A DNA stretch of 64,000 nt from Candidatus Aenigmatarchaeota archaeon (GCA_046539305.1 JBKHHE010000002.1:35928-99927), one strand, 5' to 3'. Shown: positions 1 through 10,890, numbered from the stretch's first letter. A program made the numbers and translations. Notes: generated from the letters alone by a model not told the origin.

Positions 1-1
1 T

Positions 2-1816
2 GAGAAGAGGCCTCTTGAAGACCGCAGACACGCCCTTGAAAGGGAGCTGGAACAGGGCAGGACGATAACCAGGTATACAAGAAGGTCGTATCTATCCCCA
101 AAGGAAGCGGAGTGGATATACAAGAAGACCAAAGACGACTACACCAACGACATATTTGAATGCTTCCCGGACGAGGTGGAGGACATAACGGAACCACATA
201 TAAGCAGAAATGCAACTATCGAAAACGTGTCCTACGGAGAGGGAGATGAAGACGTCCTCGACGAAGCTGAGGTCGGGATCTACGACGATGTGCTCGTCAT
301 GCAGAGCACCAAGTTCAGGAGCGATACCACGACCCTCAAGAGTTTGGAGGAGGGTGAGGAGGAGGTCCTCTACAGAAGGCTGATATCCAAGGTTAGGAAC
401 GAGGCCGAAGACAGCGTCCCCGAACTCCTTCTCACGCCCCACGGAGCCGGAGGTTTCGATGTAAAAAGGATAAACACCACGCCCGAATACAAGGAGCTGG
501 GGGGCGAAGAGAGGGACGCACCCGAGGTTTCAACGATAATGCCGCTTCCTACTTTCCAGTCCGTCGACAAACTTCTGGAGTTCAAGGACAAGGGCATAAG
601 GAACTGGAACACCAAGAGGATAGACAAACATATGCACGCGTCCGGAGCCGTGATTCAGACGGTCCTCGAAGATGGTTCCGAAATGACGGAGTATATAGAC
701 CACTCTTCACTGGTGGATATAGCGGAGAAGAAAAAAGAACTGGAGAAATACGAGGAGGGGAGTGAGGAATATGAGGAAGTGAAGGGAGAGATTGAGAAAA
801 TGTGCTCAAAGACCCCGAAAGTGAGAGCAGGGCTCTTCGATGCCCACCTAGGAAGCGCAAACGTCCCCGGAACCCCTTCGAACTACGAGAGAGCCGAAAG
901 GACGAAAAACTACCTGAAGGAGGTCTACGGTGACTTTGTAGACGAGCTGCTGTTTTCCGAGCTGATACATGGCGTACTGGAACACACAGGAACTGAACAA
1001 AGGGTCTATTCCGAGCCGCTCCCCCAGATAAGGAAGAAGAACAAAGAGGATTTGAGAAAGCTCACGGATGAGGAGGCGGAGGAACTTACCCAGGAGGACT
1101 ACGCCGAGGTCATCGAAGATATAGACAGGAGGTACAAGGAGGCCCTGGAACAGATATCCTGGCCCAACAGGAGCAAGCAGTTCGATATAGCGGAACACTA
1201 CGTGAAGGAACTTGTGGAGGGCACCGACCCGGAAAAGGTGATAAACATTTCCGGGAACCACGACCGTTCGGACGAAGGTGTGGACGAGGCAACAACCCTT
1301 GAAAGGATTATCAAGGGATTCGACTGGGAAGGTGAAATAATAAACTCGAGCGCCTTCGGAAGTAAACACGGTGGCTATGGAGGAATAAAGGACGAGAAGG
1401 TGATTATTGATGGAGAGGAAATGAGCACCGGGAAGTCGGTGGGGTTCCACCACAAGATTCCAGGTGGGAGGACCTCAAACACGAGGACGAAGAGGAAGAT
1501 GCTGAGAAGTGGATACATGTTCGACGAGCTGTTTGCGGGCCATGTCCACCAGCCAAGGGTAAGCTTCACATCGGGAACGGCCATCACGATATTTCCGGGG
1601 CAGGAGGGGTTGAGCGAATACGTTGAGCATCTGCCTGTGAACCCCGCGGTCTACGGAACCACAGTCAAGTATTCGAACGCCGCCCCAGAGGACCATCCAG
1701 CAAACGACATAATCTGGCACGGCTGGCACTTCGTCAACGACGAGACACTGGAAAGAGAAGAATACAAGGGCGACGAGTTCGACGAAGAACTTGAGCTCCT
1801 GTTCGAAGAGGAGTAG
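2..1816 (+). CDS. Large calcineurin-like metallophosphoesterase, 5'-partial
   Basis: Frame open from position 2; motifs DAHLG, GNHD, HH, GHVH. Confidence 0.7.
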   Translation, partial: EKRPLEDRRHALERELEQGRTITRYTRRSYLSPKEAEWIYKKTKDDYTNDIFECFPDEVEDITEPHISRNATIENVSYGEGDEDVLDEAEVGIYDDVLVMQSTKFRSDTTTLKSLEEGEEEVLYRRLISKVRNEAEDSVPELLLTPHGAGGFDVKRINTTPEYKELGGEERDAPEVSTIMPLPTFQSVDKLLEFKDKGIRNWNTKRIDKHMHASGAVIQTVLEDGSEMTEYIDHSSLVDIAEKKKELEKYEEGSEEYEEVKGEIEKMCSKTPKVRAGLFDAHLGSANVPGTPSNYERAERTKNYLKEVYGDFVDELLFSELIHGVLEHTGTEQRVYSEPLPQIRKKNKEDLRKLTDEEAEELTQEDYAEVIEDIDRRYKEALEQISWPNRSKQFDIAEHYVKELVEGTDPEKVINISGNHDRSDEGVDEATTLERIIKGFDWEGEIINSSAFGSKHGGYGGIKDEKVIIDGEEMSTGKSVGFHHKIPGGRTSNTRTKRKMLRSGYMFDELFAGHVHQPRVSFTSGTAITIFPGQEGLSEYVEHLPVNPAVYGTTVKYSNAAPEDHPANDIIWHGWHFVNDETLEREEYKGDEFDEELELLFEEE

Positions 1817-1824
1817 CCAACTTT

Positions 1825-2475
1825 CTAAAGCTCGGATTTTATGGCTTCGACTATCTCTCTCGGCTTGGTCACGATGTAATCAGGGTTTTCCGCCTCCAGA
1901 TCTTTCCTCGGTCGAAAGCCCCATGTCACGCCCACGGATTTCACCCCGGCCCTGTGGGCTGCCTGAATATCGGTTGGCTGGTCTCCTACGTACACCGCGT
2001 CTTCGGGGGTGCGGGCCATCCTTTCCACGCAGACCTTTATCATCTTCGGGTCGGGTTTGAGATGCTCGCCGACCTGGCTGTGAGTCACAACGGAAGTGAA
2101 ATACTTTTTCAGGCCGTACTGTTCCAACTTTTCGGAAATCACTTCCTCCCGGTTAGACGAGACGATTCCAAGTATATGTCTCGACGTGTGGAGCTCCTCC
2201 AAAACGTTCTTGATTCCTCCTTTCAGGGGAACATCCTGCTGCCTCATGTAGTCATGGAAAAGCTCGATTATCTTACCCTTGTCCTCCTCCCAGTTGAAGC
2301 CAAAACTTTCGTAGAGTTCTGTGAACGGTTCCCTGAAATTTCTTCTGAGTCCCTCAGGATCTGAAAAGGGATAATCTTTGCCGAACTGCTCGCAGCAGTA
2401 GTTCAGCCAGTCATGCGTAACGCCAAGGCTGTCCACGATAACACCGTCCCAGTCGAAGATAACCGCCTCTGGCAT
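1825..2475 (-). CDS. HAD-family hydrolase (phosphoglycolate phosphatase-like)
   Basis: FDWDGVIVDS motif I, KPDP, VGDQPTD; GGTGA RBS before ATG 2475. Confidence 0.85.
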   Translation of the reverse strand: MPEAVIFDWDGVIVDSLGVTHDWLNYCCEQFGKDYPFSDPEGLRRNFREPFTELYESFGFNWEEDKGKIIELFHDYMRQQDVPLKGGIKNVLEELHTSRHILGIVSSNREEVISEKLEQYGLKKYFTSVVTHSQVGEHLKPDPKMIKVCVERMARTPEDAVYVGDQPTDIQAAHRAGVKSVGVTWGFRPRKDLEAENPDYIVTKPREIVEAIKSEL

Positions 2476-2549
2476 ACTCACCCACTTGGTTCCGAAGAAA
2501 TAAAAATTTGGCTGTGTTTTTTATAACTGCATCCTCAGGGATAAATGGT

Positions 2550-3380
2550 ATGAAGCATCCCAGAAGCGTCATATTCAGGATAGCAGAAAAGATAGGAAAA
2601 CATTCAGGTGAAGGGATAGCAAACTTTTTCAAGCCCATCAACAGAAAGCTCCTGAGGACGTTCTCCGAGCTTACCTTTCCCTTCCAGTCCGACGTCTTCA
2701 CGGCACGAGTCAACGGCACCTCAACGAGCTACTTCGTGAAGGACCCACAGGAACTCACCACGCTCCGGTGGAACTTCATATATGAAAAAAAGGTGCGAGA
2801 TGGCGTGCTCACCTCCCTGAGAGAGGAGGACGTTTTCTACGACGTCGGCGCGAACCTAGGCACCTACTCCCTTCCTGTAGCACAGAAGCTGGGCGAAGGG
2901 GCGATATACGCCTTCGAGCCGTTCAGGAAGAACATGGACAGACTCAAAGAGAACGCAGAGCTGAACGGCCTGGAAATTAACCTCTTTCCTCTTGCGCTCT
3001 CGGACACAAACGGAACCGCGGAGATGGAAGTCTTCAGCGACAGACCAGGCGAGACGAAGAACAGGCTGTCCCGGGGAAGGACCGGAAGGAAGACGGTAAA
3101 AGTCGAAACGAGGAGATGTGACGACCTGATAGAGGAAAGGGGGCTCGACAAGCCGGACGTGGTAAAGATAGATGTGGAAGGAGCTGAACTTGAAGTGCTC
3201 AGAGGTATGGAGGAAAGCCTAGAAAACTGCAGGCTTATATACTGTGAAGTCCACAAGGAGGGGTTGGAGGAGAGGAAAAGTTCAAGGGAGGAACTGTTAA
3301 AACTATTGCATGACTATGGCTTCGACCTGGGGGTCATACACAGAAGGGGAGGAGACCTGGAAATAAAGGGAGAAAAATAA
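2550..3380 (+). CDS. FkbM-family methyltransferase
   Basis: DVGANLG, AFEP, KIDVEGAELEVLRG. Confidence 0.85.
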   Translation: MKHPRSVIFRIAEKIGKHSGEGIANFFKPINRKLLRTFSELTFPFQSDVFTARVNGTSTSYFVKDPQELTTLRWNFIYEKKVRDGVLTSLREEDVFYDVGANLGTYSLPVAQKLGEGAIYAFEPFRKNMDRLKENAELNGLEINLFPLALSDTNGTAEMEVFSDRPGETKNRLSRGRTGRKTVKVETRRCDDLIEERGLDKPDVVKIDVEGAELEVLRGMEESLENCRLIYCEVHKEGLEERKSSREELLKLLHDYGFDLGVIHRRGGDLEIKGEK

Positions 3381-3383
3381 AAG

Positions 3384-3515
3384 TCAGAAGCCGTTCAGTC
3401 CATTCCTCTTGAGGCGCTCCCTTACGTAGCACTCCGTACAGACGATTCCTTTCCCGTTTTCGAAACGCCTGCCTGTCGGCCTCCACGACTTCCCACACTC
3501 ACTGCAGATCGGCAA
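3384..3515 (-). CDS. Small zinc-finger protein (43 aa, TTG start)
   Basis: CSEC...CTEC; GGTGA RBS before TTG. Confidence 0.55.
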   Translation of the reverse strand: MPICSECGKSWRPTGRRFENGKGIVCTECYVRERLKRNGLNGF

Positions 3516-3621
3516 GTTCTCACCTGAAACAACAAAGTAAGTCGGCAGACTTATAAATTTTTCTGAGTCCCTCGCACAACATTTAAATATATAAAGGATA
3601 AACTTAAGGAAGTGTTTCGAA

Positions 3622-3786
3622 ATGGAGCTGAAATGCAACTCTTGCGGCGTGAATATGGTGGGCAAGGAAGATTTCGTAAAATTTAAATGTCCAAGTTGTG
3701 GGGAGACTGAAATAATACGCTGCAGGAAGTGCCGGAGGAAGAAAAACAAGTACCGCTGCGAGGAATGTGGTTTCGAGGGACCGTGA
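3622..3786 (+). CDS. Zn-ribbon RNA-binding protein (DUF1610/HVO_2753-like), 54 aa
   Basis: MELKCNSCG...FKCPSCGE...RCRKCR...YRCEECGFEGP; below ORF-track size cutoff. Confidence 0.85.
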   Translation: MELKCNSCGVNMVGKEDFVKFKCPSCGETEIIRCRKCRRKKNKYRCEECGFEGP

Positions 3787-3827
3787 CCTTTAAATCAGTT
3801 CAGCTCTGAAACAAACAAGGTGTCTGT

Positions 3828-4253
3828 ATGCCCGGAATGTTTGCAGCTCGAAAACTTAAGAAGGACAGGAAGAAGTTCCGCTGGAAGGAAAAGGACTACA
3901 AGGACAGGATGACCCAGTTCAAGGAGAAAAGGGAGCCCCTGGAAGGAGCTCCACAGGCCAAAGGAATAGTCCTGGAAAAGCGAGGAGTCGAAGCTATGCA
4001 GCCTAACTCCGCTCTCAGGAAATGTGTGAGGATCCAGCTTTTGAAGAACGGGAAGCGCATCACTGCTTTCTGTCCGGGCGACGGCGCGATAGAGCATATA
4101 GACGAGCACGACGAAGTTCTTATTGAAGGTCTGGGTGGCTCCGGGAAGGGAGCCAAAGGCGATATTCCTGGTGTGAGGTGGAAGGTAATAAAGGTAAACG
4201 GCGTCTCCTTAAAGGAACTGGTAGCAGGAAGGGCCGAGAAACCTACGAGATGA
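3828..4253 (+). CDS. rps12: 30S ribosomal protein uS12
   Basis: [19 protein letters not shown]. Confidence 0.97.
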   Translation: MPGMFAARKLKKDRKKFRWKEKDYKDRMTQFKEKREPLEGAPQAKGIVLEKRGVEAMQPNSALRKCVRIQLLKNGKRITAFCPGDGAIEHIDEHDEVLIEGLGGSGKGAKGDIPGVRWKVIKVNGVSLKELVAGRAEKPTR

Positions 4254-4259
4254 TAAACT

Positions 4260-4853
4260 ATGAAACTGTTTGATCGCTGGGACGTCGAGGGAATAGAGCC
4301 GGAGGATCCAGGGCTCAAAGACCACATAAACCTGGAACCTATGCTCGCTCCGAAAAAGTCACACGGCAGGCACGCCGCCGACCGTTTTACTAAAAGTGAA
4401 GTAAATCTCGTGGAGAGGCTTATGAACCACCTGATGGGGCCCGGACACCGAGGGAAAAAACATAAGGTAAGCTCCGGTAACTGTGGAGGGAAATCTCGGA
4501 AGGTCTGGGATATAACCAAGGAGACTTTTTCCATAATAAAGGAAAGGGAGGACGAAAATCCTTTGCGAGTCCTCCTCGGAGCCGTGGAAAATACCGCGCC
4601 CGTCGAGGAAGTATCCTCCTACCAGGTCGGTTCTATAATCAAGAGGAAGGCCGTGATAACCTCTCCGCAGAGACGGATCGACATTTCCCTGAGACACATC
4701 GCACAGGGCGCATACTCCAACTCCGTGGGCTCGGAAAAGGAAATGGCGGAGTGTCTGGCAGAAGAAATACTTGCGGCATACAACAAAGAGAGGGAATCCT
4801 ACGCCTTCAGGCAAAAAGAGCGCCTAGAAAGGGAAGCAGAAGGCGCGAGGTAA
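4260..4853 (+). CDS. rps7: 30S ribosomal protein uS7
   Basis: SPQRRID, ERLEREA; str cluster position. Confidence 0.95.
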   Translation: MKLFDRWDVEGIEPEDPGLKDHINLEPMLAPKKSHGRHAADRFTKSEVNLVERLMNHLMGPGHRGKKHKVSSGNCGGKSRKVWDITKETFSIIKEREDENPLRVLLGAVENTAPVEEVSSYQVGSIIKRKAVITSPQRRIDISLRHIAQGAYSNSVGSEKEMAECLAEEILAAYNKERESYAFRQKERLEREAEGAR

Positions 4854-4883
4854 GACACCTCCACTAAATATACTGTGATGAAT

Positions 4884-7073
4884 ATGGCCAAAGAAAAACT
4901 GGCTGAACGTGTGAAGAAGCTGATGAGCCAGCAGAAGCAAATCCGTAACATCGGTACAGCGGCGCACATAGACCACGGAAAGACGACGCTGACCGACAAC
5001 CTCCTGGCCGGCGCTGGGATGATTTCGGACGAACTTGCAGGAGATCAACTGTTCATGGACTACGACGACCAGGAGCAGGAGAGGGGGATAACCATCTACT
5101 CTGCAAACGTCTCGATGGTTCATGATTTCAAAGGGGACGACTACCTGATAAACCTGATCGATACGCCGGGCCACGTTGATTTCGGAGGGGACGTAACAAG
5201 GGCGATGCGCGCCGTGGACGGCGTGATAATTCTGACCTGTGCGGTGGAGGGAGTGATGCCACAGACAGAGACAGTGATACAGCAGGCGCTCAAGGAAAGG
5301 GTCAAGCCTATTCTCTTCATAAACAAGGTTGACCGTCTCATAAACGAGCTTGAGCTGGACGCCGAGGGAATGCAGGAGAAGTTCATGAAGATTATAAGGG
5401 AGGTAAACAACCTCATAAGGAAGTACGCGGAGGACGAGTACAAGGACAAGTGGACGGTTTCCGTGGACGACGGCTCTGTAATGTTCGGCTCCGCTCTCAA
5501 GAACTGGGCAATTTCAAAGCCTTACATGAAAGAAACCGGGATAACCTTCAAGGATATACAGGAGAAGTGCTCCAAAGAAAAACACAAGGAGCTTTGGAAG
5601 GAGGCACCACTTCACCAAATTGTCCTCAACGGCATAATAAGACACCTTCCAAATCCAAAAAAGGCGCAGAACTACAGGATACCCAAAATCTGGCCCGGTG
5701 ATGAGGAATCCCAGGCGGGGAAAGATATGAAAGGCTGCGACGCCGATGGTGAGCTGGCGGCCATAACAACTAAGGTATATAACGACCCGCACGCAGGCTC
5801 TGTAGCGACGGGAAGAGTATTTTCAGGCGCGCTGACCGAAGGGCAGGAGGTTCATTTGGTAGGACAGCACAAGGACGAAAGAATACAGCAGGTCTGCATC
5901 TACAAGGGCCAGGAAAGGGTGCAGATGGACGAGGTCCAGGCAGGGAATATAATAGGCCTTGTAGGTGTTCCTGATGCTTTTTCGGGGGAGACCATATGCA
6001 ACCCCGACTACAAGATAGATCCGTTTGAGGAGATAAAACACGTCTTCGAGCCCGTGGTGACAAAGGCCGTAGAAGCAAAGAAGACCAAAGACCTTCCCGA
6101 CCTCGTGCAGTTTCTAAGGAAGGCCAGCAGGGAAGACCCTACCCTCTTGGTAGAGATAGACGAAGAAACGGGAGAACATCTCGTTTCGGGACTTGGAGAA
6201 CTACATATCCAGGCAAAAGTGGAGAAAGGTCTACAGGAAGAAGGTATACCTGTGGAAACCTCACCGCCGATAGTTGTCTACAGGGAAACCCTGAAGGGTG
6301 AGAGCAATACCCTAGAAGGCAAAAGCCCAAACAAGCACAATAAGTTCTACTTTGAAGTGGAGCCCCTCGACGACGACGTGTACGAGGCGATAGCAGGAGA
6401 TGAGATACAAGAGGGGGAATACAAGGGCAAGGACAGCGACCTTGCGAACAAACTGAAGGACCTGGGAATGGATGACGACGATGCCGAGGGAGTTGAACTG
6501 ATAAAGGAGAAGAACATATTTACCGATGCAACCAAAGGAATTCAGTACCTGAATGACACTATAGAGCTTGTCAGGGAAGCTGTGAGAGATATAATAGAGG
6601 AAGGTCCTCTCGCAAGAGAGCCGTGCTCCAAGATACTGATAAGGCTCGTGGACGCAAAGCTGCACGAGGACGCCATACATAGAGGGCCGGCACAGGTGAC
6701 TCCTGCAGTCAGGCACGCCGTGAAAAACGCAATCCTTTCGTCAAAGCCCACCCTACTGGAGCCAAAACAGATCCTGAGGGTCGAGGCGCCACAAGAACAT
6801 ATGGGAAACGTGATGACCGAGGTGCAGAACAGGAGGGGTGAAGTTATAAACGTGGACACAGAGCAGGGAACTGCAGTCCTAAAGGTGAAACTACCCGTGG
6901 AGGAGATGTTTGGTTTTGAGGGCGAGCTGAAGTCGGCAACGGAGGGAAAGGGTTTCTACTACCTCAAGGACGTTCTATTCGAGTACATGCCCGACAGTCT
7001 CAAGGACGAGCGTATTAAGGATATCAGAGAGAGAAAGGGCCTGGGCCGGGAAGTTCCGCAGCCCGAGGCATGA
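4884..7073 (+). CDS. fusA: Elongation factor aEF-2
   Basis: AHIDHGKTT, DTPGHVDF, NKVD, diphthamide loop HEDAIHRG; ATG 4878 is an alternative start. Confidence 0.98.
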   Translation: MAKEKLAERVKKLMSQQKQIRNIGTAAHIDHGKTTLTDNLLAGAGMISDELAGDQLFMDYDDQEQERGITIYSANVSMVHDFKGDDYLINLIDTPGHVDFGGDVTRAMRAVDGVIILTCAVEGVMPQTETVIQQALKERVKPILFINKVDRLINELELDAEGMQEKFMKIIREVNNLIRKYAEDEYKDKWTVSVDDGSVMFGSALKNWAISKPYMKETGITFKDIQEKCSKEKHKELWKEAPLHQIVLNGIIRHLPNPKKAQNYRIPKIWPGDEESQAGKDMKGCDADGELAAITTKVYNDPHAGSVATGRVFSGALTEGQEVHLVGQHKDERIQQVCIYKGQERVQMDEVQAGNIIGLVGVPDAFSGETICNPDYKIDPFEEIKHVFEPVVTKAVEAKKTKDLPDLVQFLRKASREDPTLLVEIDEETGEHLVSGLGELHIQAKVEKGLQEEGIPVETSPPIVVYRETLKGESNTLEGKSPNKHNKFYFEVEPLDDDVYEAIAGDEIQEGEYKGKDSDLANKLKDLGMDDDDAEGVELIKEKNIFTDATKGIQYLNDTIELVREAVRDIIEEGPLAREPCSKILIRLVDAKLHEDAIHRGPAQVTPAVRHAVKNAILSSKPTLLEPKQILRVEAPQEHMGNVMTEVQNRRGEVINVDTEQGTAVLKVKLPVEEMFGFEGELKSATEGKGFYYLKDVLFEYMPDSLKDERIKDIRERKGLGREVPQPEA

Positions 7074-7153
7074 AGCTTATAAAGGAGTATTTATAAAGGA
7101 AAAACACACATTACAAGGGGGGTATCTCCCACCATTCAAAAGGAGGTGTGAAT

Positions 7154-8422
7154 ATGGCAGACAAACCACATTTGAACCTGGTCACGATAGGCCACGTAGA
7201 TCACGGTAAGTCCACGTTAGTCGGACACCTGCTCTACGACACAGGAGACCTACCGGACAAGGAATACCAGAAGCTGGAAGAAGCTGCGAAGGAAGCCGGG
7301 AAAGAAACATTTGGCTTTGCCTTCGCGCTGGACAGCCTCAAGGAAGAAAGGGAAAGAGGTGTGACTATCGATGTCGCGCACCAGGAGTTCGAGACCGATA
7401 ACTACCACTTTACAGTTATCGATGCACCGGGACATAGAGACTTCGTGAAGAACATGATCACAGGAGCCTCACAGGCAGACGCAGCTCTGCTCGTGGTTTC
7501 CGCTAAGGACGGCGTACAGGACCAAACGAAGGAGCACAGCTACCTGGCAAAGGTTCTCGGTGTTGACCAGCTCATCGTAGCGATCAACAAGATGGACACC
7601 GTTGACTACTCCGAGGACAAGTTCGAGGAAGTGAAGGAAGAAGTGAAGGACCTCCTCAAGAGTATAGGCTTCGACCCGAGTGACATGCCTTTCGTCCCGA
7701 CCTCGGCGTACTACGGAGACAACGTCGCCGAGCCCAAGGACGAGATGGACTGGTACGGTGGTCCCACGGTTCACGAAGTTCTGGACGACTTGGAAGAACC
7801 AACGAAGCCCGTGGATAAGCCCATGAGGACTCCGATCCAGGACGTCTACACCATTACAGGTGTCGGAACGGTCCCGGTCGGAAGAGTAGAAACAGGAAAG
7901 CTGAGGAAAGGAGACGAAGTTCTGTTCCTGCCCTCTGATGTCACGGGAGAGGTCAAGTCCATCGAGATGCACCACGAGGAAATTGAGGAAGCCGAAGCGG
8001 GAGACAACATCGGTTTCAACACCAGAGGAATTTCCAAGGAAGACGTCAAGAGAGGTGATGTAGCCTGTGATCCGGACAATCCTGTGACCGTAGCAAAGGA
8101 GTTCAAGGCCCAGATAATCGTCATGGAACATCCCAACGTCATCGCAGAGGGATACACGCCTGTGTTCCACTGTAACACCGCACAGACAGCCTCCAAGTTC
8201 ATAGACCTTGAGAAGAAGATAGACTCAAAGACAGGAGAAACTTTGGAAGAGGACCCGGACTACATTAAGACAGGAGATTCCGCAGTGGTCAAGATCAGGC
8301 CTACAGAGCCTATGGCGATTGAGGAACAGAGTGAGTTCCCGGAGCTGAGCAGGTTCGCGATCAGAGACATGGGCAAGACCGTGGCTGCAGGAATATGCAT
8401 AGAAGTGACCGAAGAGGCCTAA
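7154..8422 (+). CDS. tuf: Elongation factor aEF-1 alpha
   Basis: [28 protein letters not shown]. Confidence 0.98.
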   Translation: MADKPHLNLVTIGHVDHGKSTLVGHLLYDTGDLPDKEYQKLEEAAKEAGKETFGFAFALDSLKEERERGVTIDVAHQEFETDNYHFTVIDAPGHRDFVKNMITGASQADAALLVVSAKDGVQDQTKEHSYLAKVLGVDQLIVAINKMDTVDYSEDKFEEVKEEVKDLLKSIGFDPSDMPFVPTSAYYGDNVAEPKDEMDWYGGPTVHEVLDDLEEPTKPVDKPMRTPIQDVYTITGVGTVPVGRVETGKLRKGDEVLFLPSDVTGEVKSIEMHHEEIEEAEAGDNIGFNTRGISKEDVKRGDVACDPDNPVTVAKEFKAQIIVMEHPNVIAEGYTPVFHCNTAQTASKFIDLEKKIDSKTGETLEEDPDYIKTGDSAVVKIRPTEPMAIEEQSEFPELSRFAIRDMGKTVAAGICIEVTEEA

Positions 8423-8433
8423 AACCCACCCCA

Positions 8434-8472
8434 ATTTTTTATTTTAACCCATCATTATTCTCTTTTTCTTTT
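8434..8472 (+). terminator. Oligo-T terminator region after tuf
   Basis: T-runs directly after the stop codon. Confidence 0.4.
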
Positions 8473-8534
8473 GAACGACCAAAAGCTATTTAAATTCTTA
8501 CATTCCAAAGTCGTGTGATAGATTCGGTGATAAC

Positions 8535-8858
8535 ATGCCCGGGAAGGCCAGGATAAATCTCGCAGGAAGAAATCATGAGGTCCTCGAAGAGATATGCAGT
8601 AGAATCACGAGCATTGCGGAGAAATATGGCGTAGCCTACTCCGGCCCGATTCCACTCCCGACGAAAGAACTGAAGGTTCCCGTCATGAAGACGCCTTCAG
8701 GCCAGGGCACTGGACACGGCAACGCAACGTGGGACCACTACGAACTCCGCATCCATAAAAGACTCATAGAGATGGAAGCAAACAAGCGCGCGCTCCGTCG
8801 GATAATGGGAACCGACATCCCGGAGGACGTTAACATCGAGATAGAGCTCGAGGAATAG
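8535..8858 (+). CDS. rps10: 30S ribosomal protein uS10
   Basis: SGPIPLPT, RIHKRLI. Confidence 0.96.
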   Translation: MPGKARINLAGRNHEVLEEICSRITSIAEKYGVAYSGPIPLPTKELKVPVMKTPSGQGTGHGNATWDHYELRIHKRLIEMEANKRALRRIMGTDIPEDVNIEIELEE

Positions 8859-8899
8859 TCCTTTAAAATATTTAAATTTCTATCTATTTATCTAGTACA

Positions 8900-9448
8900 A
8901 TGCTCAAAGAAATCAAAGAATATGAGGAAGTGAAGTTCAGTTGTGCAGGTTCGGACACTCAAGAAAAAAGGGAAAGCCTGGTGAAGGAAATAGCAGAGAG
9001 ATCCGGTCTTTCGAGGGGAGAGGCAAAGGAATATTACGACTTCATAATAACCGATCGGAACTACAAGCCTCTTTTTAACTCTCCTCCCGAGAAGAACGGT
9101 TGTCTGCTTCTGGGATACGAGGAGGAAGACTTTGAGGAACTTTTCTACGAAGAAGACGGTCTTCTTACGAAATCGATGAAAAAACTGATGCCGCAGCCTC
9201 TCAAAAAGAAATTTGATGAGCTTAGAACCTTTGCTGAAGCAAGAGTAGGCTACGTTCTCACACCCGAGGCAGGGGAGAGAATTATAGAAAAAGACAGTGG
9301 AGGTGGTTGGCCTGTGGGACCTGAAGATGACAGGAAGAAAATTGAAGAATATCTGAGCATAGGGCTCCTTGATGCTGGGATAAACAGGTTCGGTCAGTTC
9401 ACAGTCAAGACAAGCGAAAAGGCTGAAAATCTTCTTCAGAATTCTTAA
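8900..9448 (+). CDS. Hypothetical protein
   Basis: 182-aa ORF with its own TATTTAAA box about 25 nt upstream. Confidence 0.65.
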   Translation: MLKEIKEYEEVKFSCAGSDTQEKRESLVKEIAERSGLSRGEAKEYYDFIITDRNYKPLFNSPPEKNGCLLLGYEEEDFEELFYEEDGLLTKSMKKLMPQPLKKKFDELRTFAEARVGYVLTPEAGERIIEKDSGGGWPVGPEDDRKKIEEYLSIGLLDAGINRFGQFTVKTSEKAENLLQNS

Positions 9449-9530
9449 ATAATTTAAACCTCAAGACCAATTCTTGGAAGGAAGACAACTATGAGGTGGA
9501 CGTGATTTTCAATCACGTCAGTTTTTAGTC

Positions 9531-9669
9531 GCCGGGGTAGCGAAGCCTGGCCCACCGCGCCAGCTTGGAGACCTGAACAGAAAGCTGGTGTGCGTTATAA
9601 GATTGATGTGGTCTCGGACCACATCCTATGGCGAAGCACGCGTGGGTTCAAATCCCACCCCCGGCGCCA
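9531..9669 (+). tRNA. tRNA-Ser(GGA) with two introns (9571-9582 at 37/38; 9600-9634 in variable arm)
   Basis: GCCGGGG/CCCCGGC stem, CCAGC-TTGGA-GCTGG arm, GGTTCAAATCC, G73-CCA; BHB GTTA/TGGC in variable arm. Confidence 0.92.
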
Positions 9670-9771
9670 GTTTATATTTTTCTGTTTAGAGAATGAGACC
9701 TGTTTCAGAAAATCGAAATCTGTCCAAAGTTTCCTGTGAGGTAGGGTTGTACAAAAATCAAACGCTAGGGA

Positions 9772-10890
9772 CTAGAGCTCGTACTCTGTCCCGACCCTCA
9801 GTTCGTTCTTATAGTCGGAGCCCACGTTCTTGTGCAGCTCCTCCATGACCTCCTCGGCTTCTTCGAAATTCTTCTCCCACTCCTTCCGGTACGATTCAAC
9901 GTGACTGTCGGGATCGAATCCCTTGGCCTTCGCTTCCTTTTTCAGCCTCTCTTCTGTGGGCCCGTACATTTTAAGCGGAAAATTCCAGGCTTTTCTGTAA
10001 ACAACATCTCCTAGGTCGTCCGATAGCTCTTCAAGTAGGCGAGGTAGCGTTTCTGGGTTGGGATTGTAGAAAAATGGATAAACGTCTATTCCAGCTTCAG
10101 CGTACTTTTTGAAGGAGCATTTTTGCTCTTCGAAGAATTCCTCATCGTATCTTGTGTTTCTCCGGAAGTTATCAGGGTCCGTTCCTTTAAAGCTTGCGAG
10201 GAGGCTGAAGTTATCGTATTCACCTATTTTTTGAAGGATATCCTCCTCCACTTCGCCCCTTTCCTCAAGCTCGTCGAGAAAGCGTCCGGTCGTAAGGTTC
10301 GTGTCGGACTGTACGTGGACTTCCTTGCCCAGACCGCGGTCCTCTAGATCACGGAGGACCTCGAGCCACTGTTCGGGGACCAGGCTCGGCTCCCCGCCGC
10401 TCGGCCTTATCCTGTTGAGCTCAAACTCCTCTCTTTCGCCTCTCTCGTCCTCAAAGGCGTCAAGGATCCCGTCCACTGAAATGAAGGCAGCACCCTTGTT
10501 CTCGACCGGGGTCTTGTTCGGCTCGTCCACGTAGCAGTAGGGACAGGAGAGGTTACAGGCCTTCAGCTGATAGATGAAGACGTCGTTATAGTTTTTCAGG
10601 TCCTCGTCAAGTCTGGCTTGTCCCTCGATGCTCCTGTAGGCCCAGGATGGCATGTCGAACCTCCCGGCCATCGCGTCCATTATCGCCTCCTCGTCCGACC
10701 AGTCGAAGTCCTCCTCTTTGAACTTGGGGACGTCCTCCTTTATCCTGAAAAAAGGATCTACAAGTAATTTTCTCCTTCTGTTTATATCCTTCTCCTGCCT
10801 CGTTCCTTCAAAGTTTGTGAGGAGGAGTTTCAGGCCCTCGTCCCTCTTCATGGCTCTGTCCCTCAGGCCGCGAAGCTGTTTGAAGTTCAT
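9772..10890 (-). CDS. Radical SAM protein
   Basis: CNLSCPYC and SGGEP; TATA about 25 nt before ATG 10890 favours this start over 11028. Confidence 0.85.
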   Translation of the reverse strand: MNFKQLRGLRDRAMKRDEGLKLLLTNFEGTRQEKDINRRRKLLVDPFFRIKEDVPKFKEEDFDWSDEEAIMDAMAGRFDMPSWAYRSIEGQARLDEDLKNYNDVFIYQLKACNLSCPYCYVDEPNKTPVENKGAAFISVDGILDAFEDERGEREEFELNRIRPSGGEPSLVPEQWLEVLRDLEDRGLGKEVHVQSDTNLTTGRFLDELEERGEVEEDILQKIGEYDNFSLLASFKGTDPDNFRRNTRYDEEFFEEQKCSFKKYAEAGIDVYPFFYNPNPETLPRLLEELSDDLGDVVYRKAWNFPLKMYGPTEERLKKEAKAKGFDPDSHVESYRKEWEKNFEEAEEVMEELHKNVGSDYKNELRVGTEYEL

